The position numbers and the translations under genes are program-made. DNA of 63,559 nucleotides, filler included, from Octopus bimaculoides (Eukaryota), in assembly GCF_001194135.2 (NCBI RefSeq). It is 4 parts of 4 records of this genome, joined end to end, with 100 filler letters (N's around TTAATTAATTAA, not from the genome) between each part and the next. Parts side by side here need not be neighbours in the genome. Positions count along the whole stretch, not along the records: positions 20,889 to 37,669 come from NC_068997.1; 3 more parts are not named here. One strand, 5' to 3'. The notes below the pieces were generated by a model. The model was not told where the DNA came from. It worked only from the letters and a program-made list of their open reading frames with translations, and ran no database searches. Shown here in pieces: positions 23,431 through 36,057 of this stretch (positions within the stretch are counted from its first letter, which is position 1; the number at the start of each line of letters is the position of its first letter).

Positions 23431-23637
23431 GCCTTCTTTGGGGCAGGTGGGGAGGGGTGTTTCCACTGCGTGGATTGTCTCTTTGTCTCAGAGTGATGAA
23501 CCTAAAACTCATTCTGGGTTAGGAAACATTCAAAGAAACCAATTGGATCTCCCTCAAACTTCAAACAATGTTGGATTTTCCCATAATGTGATTAGCCTGG
23601 TGTGCTTTTGCTCAGGTGTCAGATGATGTGACACCTA

Positions 23638-23830
23638 CTAAGCATTGGCTGTTTGATTTATAGTCAGTTGCCTGTTGTCTATCACCAGGTGGTAAATATG
23701 ATCAACGTTTTCCTTGGTGGTGATAGTTGCAGGATGTTCAAACTTTGGGTCATCTCCAAGACTCTCCATTCCCCTCCTAAATTCAGCTGCCCACTTTTGC
23801 CCTTGTTGATAAAGCTGGGGCATCGTCCCC
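23638..23830 (-). mobile_element. Mariner transposase N-terminal (HTH) fragment
   Basis: KWAAEFRRGMESLGDDPKFEHPATITTKENVDHIYHLVIDNRQLTINQTA matches the mariner KWxxxFKxGRESLEDDxRSGRP...DRRLT region. Confidence 0.8.
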
Positions 23831-24149
23831 CAATGTAGTACCCATGTCAGCATAAATGTTCTTCGGGGCTAAACCCTTTATCTGCAGTACTCAATAACAC
23901 CTCAATGCCTAATTTTGCTGATTTTCTAGAAAACTTGCTATTATTTACTTTTGAAGTCTTCTTTGTACAACCAATGTCAGTTTACCTGGAAAGAAACGAT
24001 GCAGTTATTAACGAGAAGAGTTGAAATTAATGCATGCAAGATTTCACAGCTCTAGCATCACTCCTTCGTAGTCAGCCTATGAAATTTTCACCCCAACCTT
24101 GTACATCCTTATTTTCACATGAATGTGTGTTTGGGGGAATTAAATAGAT

Positions 24150-24520
24150 CATCATCATTGTTTAACGTCCGCTTTCCATGCTAGTATGGGTTGGATGATT
24201 TGACTGAGGACTGGCAAGCCAGCAGGCTGCACCAGGCTCCAATCTGATCTGGCATTGTTTCTACAGCTGGATGCCCTTCCTAACACCAACCACTCTGAGA
24301 GTGTAGTGGGTGCTTTTACGTGCCACTGGCATGAGGGCCAGTCACACGGTATTGGCAACGGCCACGCTCAAAAAGGTGTTTTTACGTGCCACCTGCACGG
24401 GAGCCAGTCCAGCGGCACTGGCAACAACCTCACTCGAATGATTTTCTAATGTGCCACCAGCACAAGCGCTAGAAGGCGACTCTGGTAACAATTACGCTCA
24501 AATGGTGCTATTTACGGGCC
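24150..24520 (-). mobile_element. RTE-type 3' UTR element with (CAT)n tail and internal ~55-bp tandem units
   Basis: catcatc-gtttaacgtccgctttccatgctag...ggatgcccttcctaacaccaacc; the GGAAGGGCATCC block is typical of RTE-related 3' ends. The same element occurs at 22327, 25845, 31165, 35470 (minus) and 35820-36055 (plus). Confidence 0.75.
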
Positions 24521-25184
24521 AGATAAAAATTCCTTTTTGCCGTTATCTTTACTTTGGTTTATGTTGTCATATTATTTGCTTTGGTTGAATTAAGGCTGTT
24601 GTTTCTTGATATGTTGGGTGATGTGGAAAATTTTATTCCTGCTAATTCTTTAGTTACTCCTATTTATAGTGAGCTGAAATGTTGGAGATGCACAGAAAAA
24701 AAATAAGTTGCAGCAGACTCAGTGTGTGTATGTGTATGAGAGAGAGAGGGAGAGAGAGGAGTGGTAGTGATCTAAGTAGAATGTGTGTATAAATGTGTGC
24801 ATCTACATGTATCAGAAATAATAAAAGGAAATTTAACCAGTTGTTGATGCCATGGGGAGAGGACATGCCCAATATGAAAATAAACTTTTGTTCACGAAGT
24901 TGTCTCATAGAAGGAAGTCTGTGGTGTTGGAAGAATCCAAATACAGAAAGGTGATGGTGGAAGTTGAAACTGTGAGTCACTGGCTTTGGGACAAAGGTTG
25001 TTGTGACAGACATTGAGAAGGTGTTAAAGGAAACAGTTGTCAAGTGTTGGCCAGTATTGCTTATCTTTAATGGATAACAAAATTGACATTTAATGCAGTA
25101 TTTGACTTTGAGGACAGTAACGTGGAATGTGGACTTTGCTTTTCTACATGGTAACTCCATTTATTTGTCTTCTTCTGATTTCAG

Positions 25185-25264
25185 TATTATCAAAAGATTG
25201 GAAGAGTATGACTCTTTCTTCCCAGCATTCCATGCAGTGATGTCAGAACTACTTGAACTACTAA
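25185..25264 (+). CDS. CEP70: CEP70 orthologue, penultimate coding exon
   Basis: Acceptor cttcttctgatttcag| and perfect donor |gtaagt. The 80 nt encode (S)IIKRLEEYDSFFPAFHAVMSELLELL(N), matching the CEP70 motif SIIxKLEEHEEFFPAFxAxxxDLLExL. Phases are compatible with both neighbouring exons. Confidence 0.88.
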
Positions 25265-25303
25265 GTAAGTCACTGTCTTTAATTCCTGCTCTCTTTCTCT
25301 CTC

Positions 25304-25355
<52 letters not shown>

Positions 25356-26056
25356 CCACAAGTCCACTCTTTTTACTTCTCTATTCATTTCTATTCCCTG
25401 TTATCTCTTTCCTGTGTCTTTATTTCTACACTCATCCAATTTCATTTTCTTTGCTATCTGCTTCTCTCACTCCCTCTCTCTCTCTCCCTCCCNNNNNNNN
25501 NNNNNNNNNNNNNNNNNNNNNNNNNNNNNNNNNNNNNNNNNNNNNNNNNNNNNNNNNNNNNNNNNNNNNNNNNNNNNNNNNNNNNNNNNNNNNNNNNNNN
25601 NNNNNNNNNNNNNNNNNNNNNNNNNNNNNNNNNNNNNNNNNNNNTCTCTCTCTCTCTCACACCACCTCTCTCTCTCTCTCACACCACCTCTCTCTCTCTC
25701 TCTCACACCACCTCTCTCTCTCTCTCTCTCACACCACCTCTCTCTCTCTCTCTCTCTCCACCTCTGTTTTCATTCATATCTCATTCTCTTTCTTTGTTTT
25801 TTATTATCTGTACTTCTACCCTTACTCTCTCTTTCAAGCTCTCTTCATCATCATCAATTAACATCTATTTTCCATGCTGGCATGGGTTAGACTGCACCAG
25901 CCTCCATTCTCTTGTTCTGGCATGGTTTCTACAGCTGGATGCCCTTCCTAACACTCCAAAGAGTGAACTGGATGCTTTTTATGTGGTACTAGCACCAGTG
26001 TATTTAACATGGCACCAGCACAAGCTATTTTGTCTTTATTTCTGTTTCCATCTTTT

Positions 26057-26106
<50 letters not shown>

Positions 26107-26164
26107 TCTCCTTCTATCTCCTTTTCTCTATTTTCACATTTCTATTTGTCTCCTCTCCTGACTC

Positions 26165-26660
26165 TCTCATCATCATCATCATCATCATCATTATCGTTTA
26201 AAGTCCGCTTTCCATGCTAGCATGGGTTGGACGATTTGACTGAGGACTGGTGAACCAGATGGCTACACCAGGCTCCAATCAGATTTGGCAGAGTTTCTAC
26301 AGCTGGATGCCCTTCCTAATACCAACCACTCAGAGAGTGTAGTGGGTGCTTTTACGTGCCTCTGGCATGAAGGCCAGTCATTCAGTACTGGCAACAGCCA
26401 CGCTCGAAATGGTGTATTTTACGTGCCACCTGCACAGGAGCCAGTCCAGCGGTACTGGCAACGACCTCGCTCGAATGTCTNNNNNNNNNNAGTCCAGCGG
26501 TACTGGCAACGACCTCGCTCGAATGTCTTTTCACGTGCCACTGGCACAAGTGCCAGGAAGGCAACGTTGGTAATGATCACGCTCAAACGGTGCTATTTAC
26601 ATGTCACCGGCACGGAAGTCAGACAGCTGGTGCTCTGGCAACGATCATGCCCGGACGGTG
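26165..26660 (-). mobile_element. RTE-type 3' UTR element in the last CEP70 intron
   Basis: Same consensus as 24150. A 38-bp stretch is duplicated across the 10-N gap. Confidence 0.75.
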
Positions 26661-26875
26661 CTCTTTCTTCTAATTATCTTACTTCACCTCTGTTTACTCT
26701 CCCTCACTCCACTTCACTCATCCTCACCAATATTTACCAACATGTTCACCATTGCTCACCCTCTTTCACAATTGATTACCCAACACTACAATCTCCTGCT
26801 AATACCCACCCCATCACAACTGCCCACCTAATACATTCCCTCTTGCTCTCATACCAATATTTTCTTCCTTTCCAG

Positions 26876-26937
26876 ATGTCCAAAGTCTAAGTGACGTGGT
26901 ACCAGCAGTGAAGACACTCACCCTACTTGCTCAGTGA
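26876..26937 (+). CDS. CEP70: CEP70 orthologue, last coding exon with stop codon
   Basis: Acceptor attttcttcctttccag|. Encodes (N)VQSLSDVVPAVKTLTLLAQ* (TGA 26935-26937), matching the recalled CEP70 end DLDAIVPAVKKLKVLSY*. The phase-1 junction with the previous exon is consistent. Confidence 0.85.
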
Positions 26938-27032
26938 TAACCAGTGGCGAATGTTCTGGATAACTTAGATACAGGAAGAAAGAAGGATGAGCTACACTAG
27001 TTACTACTGTCATCATTGTTACTGTAGCTATA

Positions 27033-27255
27033 AGGGTGGTGAGCTGGCCAAATAGTTAGAGCATTGGACAGAATGCCTAATGGTATTTCTTCTGACTCAC
27101 TATGTTCTGAGTTCAAATTCCGTCGAAGGTCGACTTTGCCTTTCATCCTTTTGAGTTTGATGGAATAAGTACCAGTTGTGCACTGGGGTCGATGTAATTG
27201 ACTAACTATTCTTCCTCTAAATGTTACTGGCCTTGTGTCCAAATTTGAAACCATT
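27033..27255 (+). mobile_element. SINE family B, just downstream of the CEP70 stop
   Basis: gggtggtgagctggcc...gagttcaaattccgtcgaaggtcgactttgcctttcatccttt.... Opposite-strand copies lie at 28790-28990 and 29215-29430. Confidence 0.75.
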
Positions 27256-27556
27256 ATTACATCATCTACCACTGTCGTCATTGTCATTGCTGTTATATAA
27301 GATATCGCTGTGATCACTCCTGTGTTAGCTGTCATTGTCATCACTGTCATCACTCATTATTGTCATCACTCATCATTGTCAATGGCATTGTTATTTGTGT
27401 TCAACATCTTTAATTTTCTTAACTCAATCCCATTGCTGTACCACCACCACCACCAACACCACCACCACCACCACTATTATCATCATCATCATTGGTAGCT
27501 ACTCTACACCTCATACATGTCCAATACACTATATTACATTCTTATACATTGACAGT

Positions 27557-27592
<36 letters not shown>

Positions 27593-27634
27593 CAATGTTA
27601 ATTCTCTAAATGAAGTATTAACAGTAACTGCATG

Positions 27635-27874
27635 ATAAAGTGTAGTATATTGCCACTTAAGTGTGGCTGACCCCTAGGGGGTGGATGTTACTGTTGCTTT
27701 TAGCCCCAGGAGGACATCTCCTCCAGCTGGCTTATCGNNNNNNNNNNNNNNNNATCGACACAGTAGTGTGTCGATAAGCCAGCTGGAGGAGATGTCCTCC
27801 TGGGGCTAAAAGCAACAGAAACATCCACCCCCTAGGGGTCAGCCACACTTAAGTGGCAATATACTACACTTTAT
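27635..27874. repeat. Near-perfect ~240-bp palindrome (inverted duplication of an interspersed repeat related to 33520-33570)
   Basis: Arms of ~100 bp differ at about one position. The centre is ATCGACAC-agtagt-GTGTCGAT next to a 16-N gap. Confidence 0.75.
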
Positions 27875-30662
27875 ATATATATATATATATATAGCTCATA
27901 CATATCCTGACAATCACTCTAGAACTTACTCATGTCCAGCCAGCCACCTGCACTCATGTACCCCACACATATCCAGACAGGCCCCGCACCCATGTACCCC
28001 ACACATGGCCAGACAGCCACCCTACCTCTAACCCTACATGTGTCCAGACATCTGTCCTACACCTCACACTGTATCTCTTGATTGGCTTTCTTCATGTCTC
28101 TTTGCATAGTCGAAGGCCAGTCTGAACCATGACACTCGAATTAACCTCTCACCCAATGTTACGTTACAAAAGACATGACGTCTAGGCAATAGCTGCTGCT
28201 GCAAGGGAACCTTTGTGTGATTAGTTGGAGTGCTGGAAATAGAAGCTAAAACTTCTTCAAATCAAATCCATCGTCTTTAAAAAAAAAAGGGAAGGATGCA
28301 GCTGGAAAGGTAATCTTAGGCAGGATAGCCATGGCTGGAATGCCCTTAATTATGAGTATGTTTGATCAGTGCTGGCCTAGTGGACGGGTGGATGGGGGTG
28401 GGCTGAAGAGCTTCTACTACTAATGTTAATAATAATTTCTAATGTCTTTTTTAACGTCACTAACAGCAAGGAAGCCACCATGTGGTCTGTCAAACTGCTT
28501 GGTATAGCAGTCATATGTCCCTCAAGTCACATCCCCGCTGTATGGAGAAAAAAATAGGCCCGTTGGATAATGTAATCTGACGTAATTCCCAAAAAGACGG
28601 CAGTGTAACGCCTTTGATCACAGGTCTGCTTGATCAGGGCTGACCTGGGGCTAAATACAGCAGCAACAATAAATCCTCCTTGTCGTTTGTGGGTCCATAT
28701 AAGATTTTGTTGTTAAAATTTACTTGCAATAAATTAATTATACTTTCACAGTTCACAAAATATTTTAATAATTTTTTTTTATGCAATTCCTAATATTGGT
28801 TTCCAATTTTGGCACAAGGCCAGTAGTTTCAGGGAAGTGGGTAAGTTGATTACGTTGACTTCCAGTGTTCAACTAATTACTTATTTTATTGACCCTGGAG
28901 GAATTTGAACTCAGATCGTAAAGACAAATGAAATACCACTAAGCGTTTTGCCTGGTGTGCTAACATTTCTGCTAACTCTCCGCCTTAACTCCTAATAATA
29001 TTTAACCATAAAAATATAACAGGATTTTTTAAACATTGAATGGCTGAGGGTCCAGTGAGGTAAAATAGGAATCAAAGGGATTCACAGGTAAAAAATGGTT
29101 GAGAAAGTCCCTAATATACAAAACAAATGTGATGGTCATAGCTGGAATACCTTTCATCATGGGTCTGCTCCTTCAGGGCTGACATGGGACTAAAAACCCA
29201 ACAGCATTTGTATTCTTTCTAATGGTATAAGTCCAGTAATTTTGAGAGGAGGGGGAATTATTGAGTTGTGGGATTGATTACATCAACCCCATTGACTGTT
29301 ACTTTATTTTATCAACCCTGAAAGGATGAAAGACAAATTCAACCTTGGCAGAATTTGAACTCAGGTTGCAAAGAGCCAGGATCTCACTGAGTATTTTCTC
29401 TGGTGCACCAATGATTCTGCCTGCTTGCCATTTAAGCAATATCGATAATATTGCCAACATAGTATCTAAAAGGCTGCGCTTTCTCTTCCAAGCCAGAAAA
29501 TTCTTCAGCCTTGACTAGTTGTTGACCCTTTGCAACAATCAAGTTTGTCCCATTTTTCAGTACTACTCATATACTTGGGACTAAGTAGTCACTACACTCA
29601 CAAAAAGCATTTTGAATTCCATCCATAAAAGGGGACAATCTGATCACTTATTGAACCTCTGCTCACCAGCACCACCCATAGATCAAAGTCACAATGCTGT
29701 TTCCTCTTCTCTCTGTCCACTAGTGTAGTGAGGGAGGATGGGATGGGATGTGGGGGGGGGGGCAGTGATCTACCTTGGCTGATGCTTTTGTGATTGGCAA
29801 AACTTTTGGGTCTGATGTATAAGCCTTTATAGGATGTGTTTTTTGGGCAGGGTGCTGGAGATTGGGGGAAGCTAACTTAAGGACTGTCCCAGGCAGCACA
29901 TACTTCAGCTTTGCCACTGTTTCTGTCCCTTATAGCATTACCATTAATGTTATTGCCCCTCATGAACTAGCAAACTACACACCCTTCTACACAAGCCTAC
30001 CTAATTGATATACCCGCCTGTACTTCATACTAAACACTACTAAAAAATCATGTCCATTCCTTCTACAAAACTCCGACCTTTCCAGGACTCTTTGTCAGCC
30101 CAAAGTTTCTTTACAAATATCATCAACCTACAGAAGTTCAAGCTAAACATCAACCACAATGATCTCATCCGTCTTGCAAAGCCTGTGACAAACAAGCCTA
30201 TGGGCTCTGCCTGCCTTCGTTGCATCAAGGGCACAGGTATGGCTGCGTGGTTAAGAAGCTTAGCAATTTAGTTTCACAGCCACATAGTTTCAGTTTCAAT
30301 CCTGAAGCAGCATCTTAGCAACTGTTTTCTTCCATTGCCTCAGCTTGGCCAGTATTTTGTGAGTTGAATTTGGTGGAATTAAATCAGATAATAGATTCTT
30401 TATCATTGGATAAAGATTCTTTAATCTCCTTTCTGTCAACACCTCATATGTAAAATTCTTCCCTGAAGACAGAAGCTGGTATTATCCAATGATGGAATCA
30501 GTTTACAATCATTATTTTGGACCATCAATCCCCCCCCAGAAACAGCTGTTCGACTTGTAAAACTCTTATTCGACCCCTTTAATTCCTATCATTTCTATTC
30601 TGTGAAAGTTGGACCTTTTTATATGTAAACATATGTACATTTTTTTGTATTAAATGTATTTA

Positions 30663-30701
<39 letters not shown>

Positions 30702-30911
30702 CGTGCGTGCATACATGTGCGCATGACTGCAGTTTCAAGTTTTGCCTTTAACGACGTATTCCAATGGTTTAATAAGCTGTTTAATCAAATTATCGAATCA
30801 ATATCACCTTCAGTAAATGTTTGTTGTTTTCTACAAGTTGACTAATAATCAAAAAAAAATACACACGTGTGTATGTACATACATATATATGTGTGTGTGT
30901 GTGTATATATA

Positions 30912-30945
<34 letters not shown>

Positions 30946-31117
30946 CTCCAGCATGGCCGCAGTCAAATGACTGAAACAAGTAAAAGAGTAAAAGAGTATA
31001 CACACACACACACACACGTGGATTTTGTTGGTAGAAACTGAAAGAAGCCTCTGTGTTTGTGTGTGTATGTGCATGTATGTTTTTGTTCTCAAGCCTCTGT
31101 TTGACAACTGTTATAAA

Positions 31118-31148
<31 letters not shown>

Positions 31149-32429
31149 CATATATATATCTTCATCAACATCATCATCATTGTTGTTTAACGTCCGCCTT
31201 CCATGCTAGCATGGGTTGGACGATTTGACTGAGGACTGGTGAAACCGGATGGCAACACCAGGCTCCAGTCTAATTTGGCAGAGTTTCTACAGCTGGATAT
31301 TCATATATACAGATGTATATCATCATCTTCTTATCAACCATCATCATCATCATCATCATCTTCTTATCAACCATCATCATCATCATCATCATATATGTAT
31401 GAATGTATATACATGTATATATATATGTGCTTTTGTTTTACAATTGAACAAAGCTTAATTTTTAAGAAAATATATATTTTGTATTTCTTTAATCTGTTGA
31501 TTGTATATTAAATAAATTGTTTGAAATGTACTATTTGTAGTTGTTTCTTTCCATTAATTTCTGGATTTCATATCAGCATAATTTCTATCCTATATATATA
31601 CCTATTCTATTGGAAACCAATAAAGGTGCCTCTTCCTGTTTGCTTGATCTGCTAAAATTCACAGCTGAATCTCTCAAATCTCTCTTTTGTGTATTTAATA
31701 ATGTAAGGATACATTTTTCATAAAATAGTTTTGGGAGACTATGTTGATTAAAGGTAGGGTTGTCATGGCTGTAATGGTATTGATAATAGTCATATACCAA
31801 GATTATACCAACTTGCCTGGGTCACCTCTGGTTTTGTAATATAATTTTCATGTTAATTTATGTTCCAAATACCAGCTTTATAAGGACAAAATTATCTTAA
31901 TAAATTACACTGTGTAACATGATTTTTGTCCTTGGGTAGCAACTATAATTTCCTATGTGCTTACCCCCAGGAAGTATGAAAAATGGCTAATATTTCCTTC
32001 AAACTTGGCTTTTGTTACATTTATTCAAACCCTAAAGGATCACTTCAAACACATGGCCTTGATGCACACCAACTACTCCTATCATGATCAGAGATGCACA
32101 TATTGTCAGCCATCAAGAGATATGCTTTTGTAATTAAGGTCAAGCAACTGAGAAACAAATCTGTGGTATTGAGCAGAATATTTGCTATAATGATATTTCT
32201 GCTTCAGCAACTCAGTGCTGAATCTCAGAAATGTAATGGTATATAAGTCAATTTCAAAACATTGATGTCCAGGTCACAAACACAAAGTTTGAAGGGAATA
32301 GTAGTCCTTTCCTTTGATTTCTAGGTAGAAGCAAATAGGAAATAACACTTACTGACCAAAGACAAAACAAAAAAAAACTAAAAACTTTGTTACACAGTGT
32401 TATTATTTTTCAATGTAAACTACTCAGAA

Positions 32430-32730
32430 AGGTGTGTTTCTCCGATATTAGGGAGTCTTTCCAGGTGGTGCGATTCTCCACATTGTGATATCGCAGCTCT
32501 AGTGTTATGGACATGTTACATTGCGATAAAAGATTTCTCAAGCCAAGCCAACTGGCAGGAGACCTAGGGGTACATCACAAGTGAGATGGTTGGATAATAT
32601 CCAAAGTCTCAGTTGGTCACACTTGGGAATCCAGCAGAAAATGTAATTATAGTTGCTTCTGATAAGACCCTGAGGACCCTACCTCAACAACCTTCACAGG
32701 AATAGAGGGCAGCAAAAATGAATGCGTTCA
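32430..32730 (+). mobile_element. RTE-clade LINE C-terminal fragment
   Basis: QL*CYGHVT...KPTGRRPRGTSQVRWLDNIQSLSWSHLGI (RTE LRWxGH...GRPxxRW motif). Confidence 0.7.
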
Positions 32731-33497
32731 TTATTTTAAAAATAAATTGTATTTTGACAAAGATATGATAACATAAGGTTTTATGAAGGGTTATCTAAAT
32801 CTAAATAATAACAGCCCATTCTATTGTATTACAACAGACAATAATACAAGAATGTGTCTATTAAATTGTTAGAGATACACTAGGGGTACAAGGATCTTAA
32901 CTGTTTAATTATACAGATTCATGTCAAAACATGTAAAACTGATAACAAAAACCTGTAAAAATTTATATTTGTAAAATAGAATTTTTATTCTCTTTTAAAA
33001 ACAGTATAACAATCAGCTTTGCTAATTGCCAAGGTCTGTCTCTTGGCACACTTTTGCCAAATCACTTAGTGATAACTCTTGTCTGTAAAAGGTTAATTGA
33101 CCAAAACAGGAACAGACTTGAATGACCAAAGTTGAAAGCTTATATTTCTGACCTGCAATATTATTCTTTGAATGTAAGGTGGCATTTTATCTCTGTCTTT
33201 ATGTTCTAAGTTATTAATATTTCTAGGGGGATGGATAGCATTAGCTGAATTAGTATTAGTGAATGTATCAATATTTAACAGGTTAATATTATGTGAAGGG
33301 ATAATTTGTAAGAGAAGATTACATTGTTTTACACCATTTTATTCCTTTGGAATAATACCAGTGATATCTTCGAAATGTGTGTCGGAAGTAAAAGAATTTG
33401 AATAACACCTGCGTTTAACTCCATTTATTTATATATATTATTATTATTTTTAAATCAGTAACAGTACTTTAAAGTAAAGACTGTTTTCCAATGTAAC

Positions 33498-33881
33498 ATG
33501 GCAGTCCTGGTTGGTACAAATGTCAGTTGTTTAGCCCCAGGAAACATTTTCTCCAGCTGGCTATACAACATAATATCCGTGTCCTTATATTTTCGAACAG
33601 AGGAGTTCAGCATCCCCACTCAGCACAAAGCAATATCTGTGGACTGTTGCAGTTTCTGGGTTATTTCCCTTCCTCGGCACAATAACTGCTCAGCTAAGGT
33701 GGTGCTGCTAAACTCCTGTTTGCTTATGAGTGCTTATGGTAGATTATCTTTGAAATGGGCAAAAATATTTTTGGACACATCTTTAAAGAACATACCTATA
33801 CCACCTAGGAAAGAATATATGAAAAATTTTATTGATAAAACAAACTCACTTATTCACAGCATGAGATGGTGTACATGTTAA
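33498..33881 (+). mobile_element. Penelope-like element 5' region and ORF N-terminus (decayed)
   Basis: The peptide KIFLDTSLKNIPIPPRKEYMKNFIDKTNSLIHSMRW resembles the SLKNIPxP...KxESxIxRMRW N-terminus of invertebrate PLE ORFs (recalled from memory). Confidence 0.6.
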
Positions 33882-36026
33882 TTCAATAGAAATAATGATT
33901 GTGAAGGTCAATTTAATAGCAATGCAATATTAAACACGTTTTTACATCCCAAAAGATTCCACTGCATAAGCCACTACTGGAAATGATTGTCAGTTATATA
34001 TGGTGTAATCATCAATTAAAGATGTGATTTTTGCCATTCTTGTTCATATTGCCAATTAATCCAGATTTCTTGAAATTCTTCCAAGTGATATTTCAATCTA
34101 CTTGTCATACATGGATGTTAATTCTATTTGAATTTATCAATATTTGATTGTTTGATGCAGTTAACCAAATTCAGTTAACACAGAGCTTTATATCTGCCTG
34201 GATTCATTAATCTTTTTTACTGCTTCAGCGTACGGGAGCTATAGAGATAGAATGGGACATGCCAACACTAGGCCGAAACAGCTGTAAGATTTTGTCCCTT
34301 CTCCAATTGCTAAATGTCCTTTAAATTTGAAATCTTAATTGTTGATATGACATGGTATGTCATAAGTGTCTGTATATTGTGTTTTTTGTAAATTTAGTTA
34401 TAAAATAAACAGATTAATCAGCGGAATACAGTGTCTGCAATTTGATGAGTACCTCATATTCCCCTCCATTTTCTTATTGCTATATATATACATATATATA
34501 TACTAGCAGAAACATCTGTCATTAACTGGGTTGAAAAAGCTGTCAAAATTGTACAATGAATATTGAAATTTATTCACTTAGATTGTATTGAGCATGTATA
34601 AGAAATGACTGTTAACTTGTTTATTGAACTTATGTATTACAACAAACAAAAATACAAATAGATTTTCTTAGATGAATAGCCTGGTGGGTCAGGGATATAA
34701 ATATAAAACAAATAAAAACAATATCATAATGCTATTAAAGTGTACACACAAATTTAATAGGAATATATAGTAACAATCTATCTTTGTGAGTAGCATAATA
34801 CTTCTTACACATAGAATAATGAGGAAGACAGTTGAAGATCAAATATTGTAAACTGCGAGAAATAGACTATGGATATTTTTCTGCTTTTAGTTTTCCCCGA
34901 ACTTTCATTTAGTTTTGATGTGTCTGGGGAGAGTCATTCTATTTTGATGCCTTATTAACACTCGCTGGTTCAATTTCCTCTCATTTATTTATTTGTTCTT
35001 TGTTTTCTTCTAAAATTTTCGTTGTTTCTTGTAACATCTTCAATAGTTGTTGACTATATCCATTATTGGAGCTGCATTTCTTTTTGTTAGTTTTTTTGTG
35101 TGCATGTGTGTGCATCAATGTACATGCATATACACATAGGTATGTATGTATGTATGTATGTATGTATGTATATGTCTGTGTGTATGCATATATATATGCA
35201 TCTGTATATGTACATATGTATTCTGCATATCCATATGTATGTGTGTGCCTTTTTGTGTGTTTGTATGTATGTTATCTCCTTTAGACTGTGAATTTTTTGA
35301 GTGAGGACTGCACTATGTGGAAAAGGGTTTGTAGCTCCCTTAAGGGGGTGGGGGCCCACATAGAGACTTGGGACCACTTCCATTGTCTTCCTCAGAATAT
35401 TTTACACAAGAATTAACTTTCAGTTTTTATGTTGATACTGTAGCCTTTCTTCCTATAAATTGACAGACAGACACACAGACACGCCAAATCAGACTGGTGT
35501 CTGGTGCAGCCTTGCAGCTTTCCAGCTTATCTGGTCAAACTGTCCAACCCATACCAGTATGGACACCGGACGTTAAATGATGATGTTGATCAGGAGCTAA
35601 GGCTCCTTCATTGGAATTTCAACAACATCAAGAGGATACTTATATGTATGTATGTGTGTATATGTGCAGCATTTGGAGTTAGATATAGTTGCTCCTTGAG
35701 ACATATATATATACTTAAATAAAGAACAAATTTTTTGCAGTTCCAGTGATGGCTTGGATCTGTAGTTTTCAAACCAGCTTTCTCTTTTCACATATGTATG
35801 CATGCATGTATGTATGTATGTATGTATGTATGTTCATGTCTCCTTGCCTTAACACTGTGTTTGTTGTAAATGTCATTCATTTCTAAGACACTGTGTTAAA
35901 GCATGTCTGGTCATGGGGAGATATTACTTTCATTGGAAACAGGTGAGTGTTGGTGACAGGAAGGGCATCCAGCTATAGAATATCTGACTCAAAATACTCC
36001 TCACTCATGGAAAAGTGGAGGCAAAC

Positions 36027-36057
<31 letters not shown>

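Noticed and set aside
27925-28070. Degenerate ~34-bp units (catgtaccccacacat..ccagacag)
   Set aside because: An ordinary decayed minisatellite with two to four copies.
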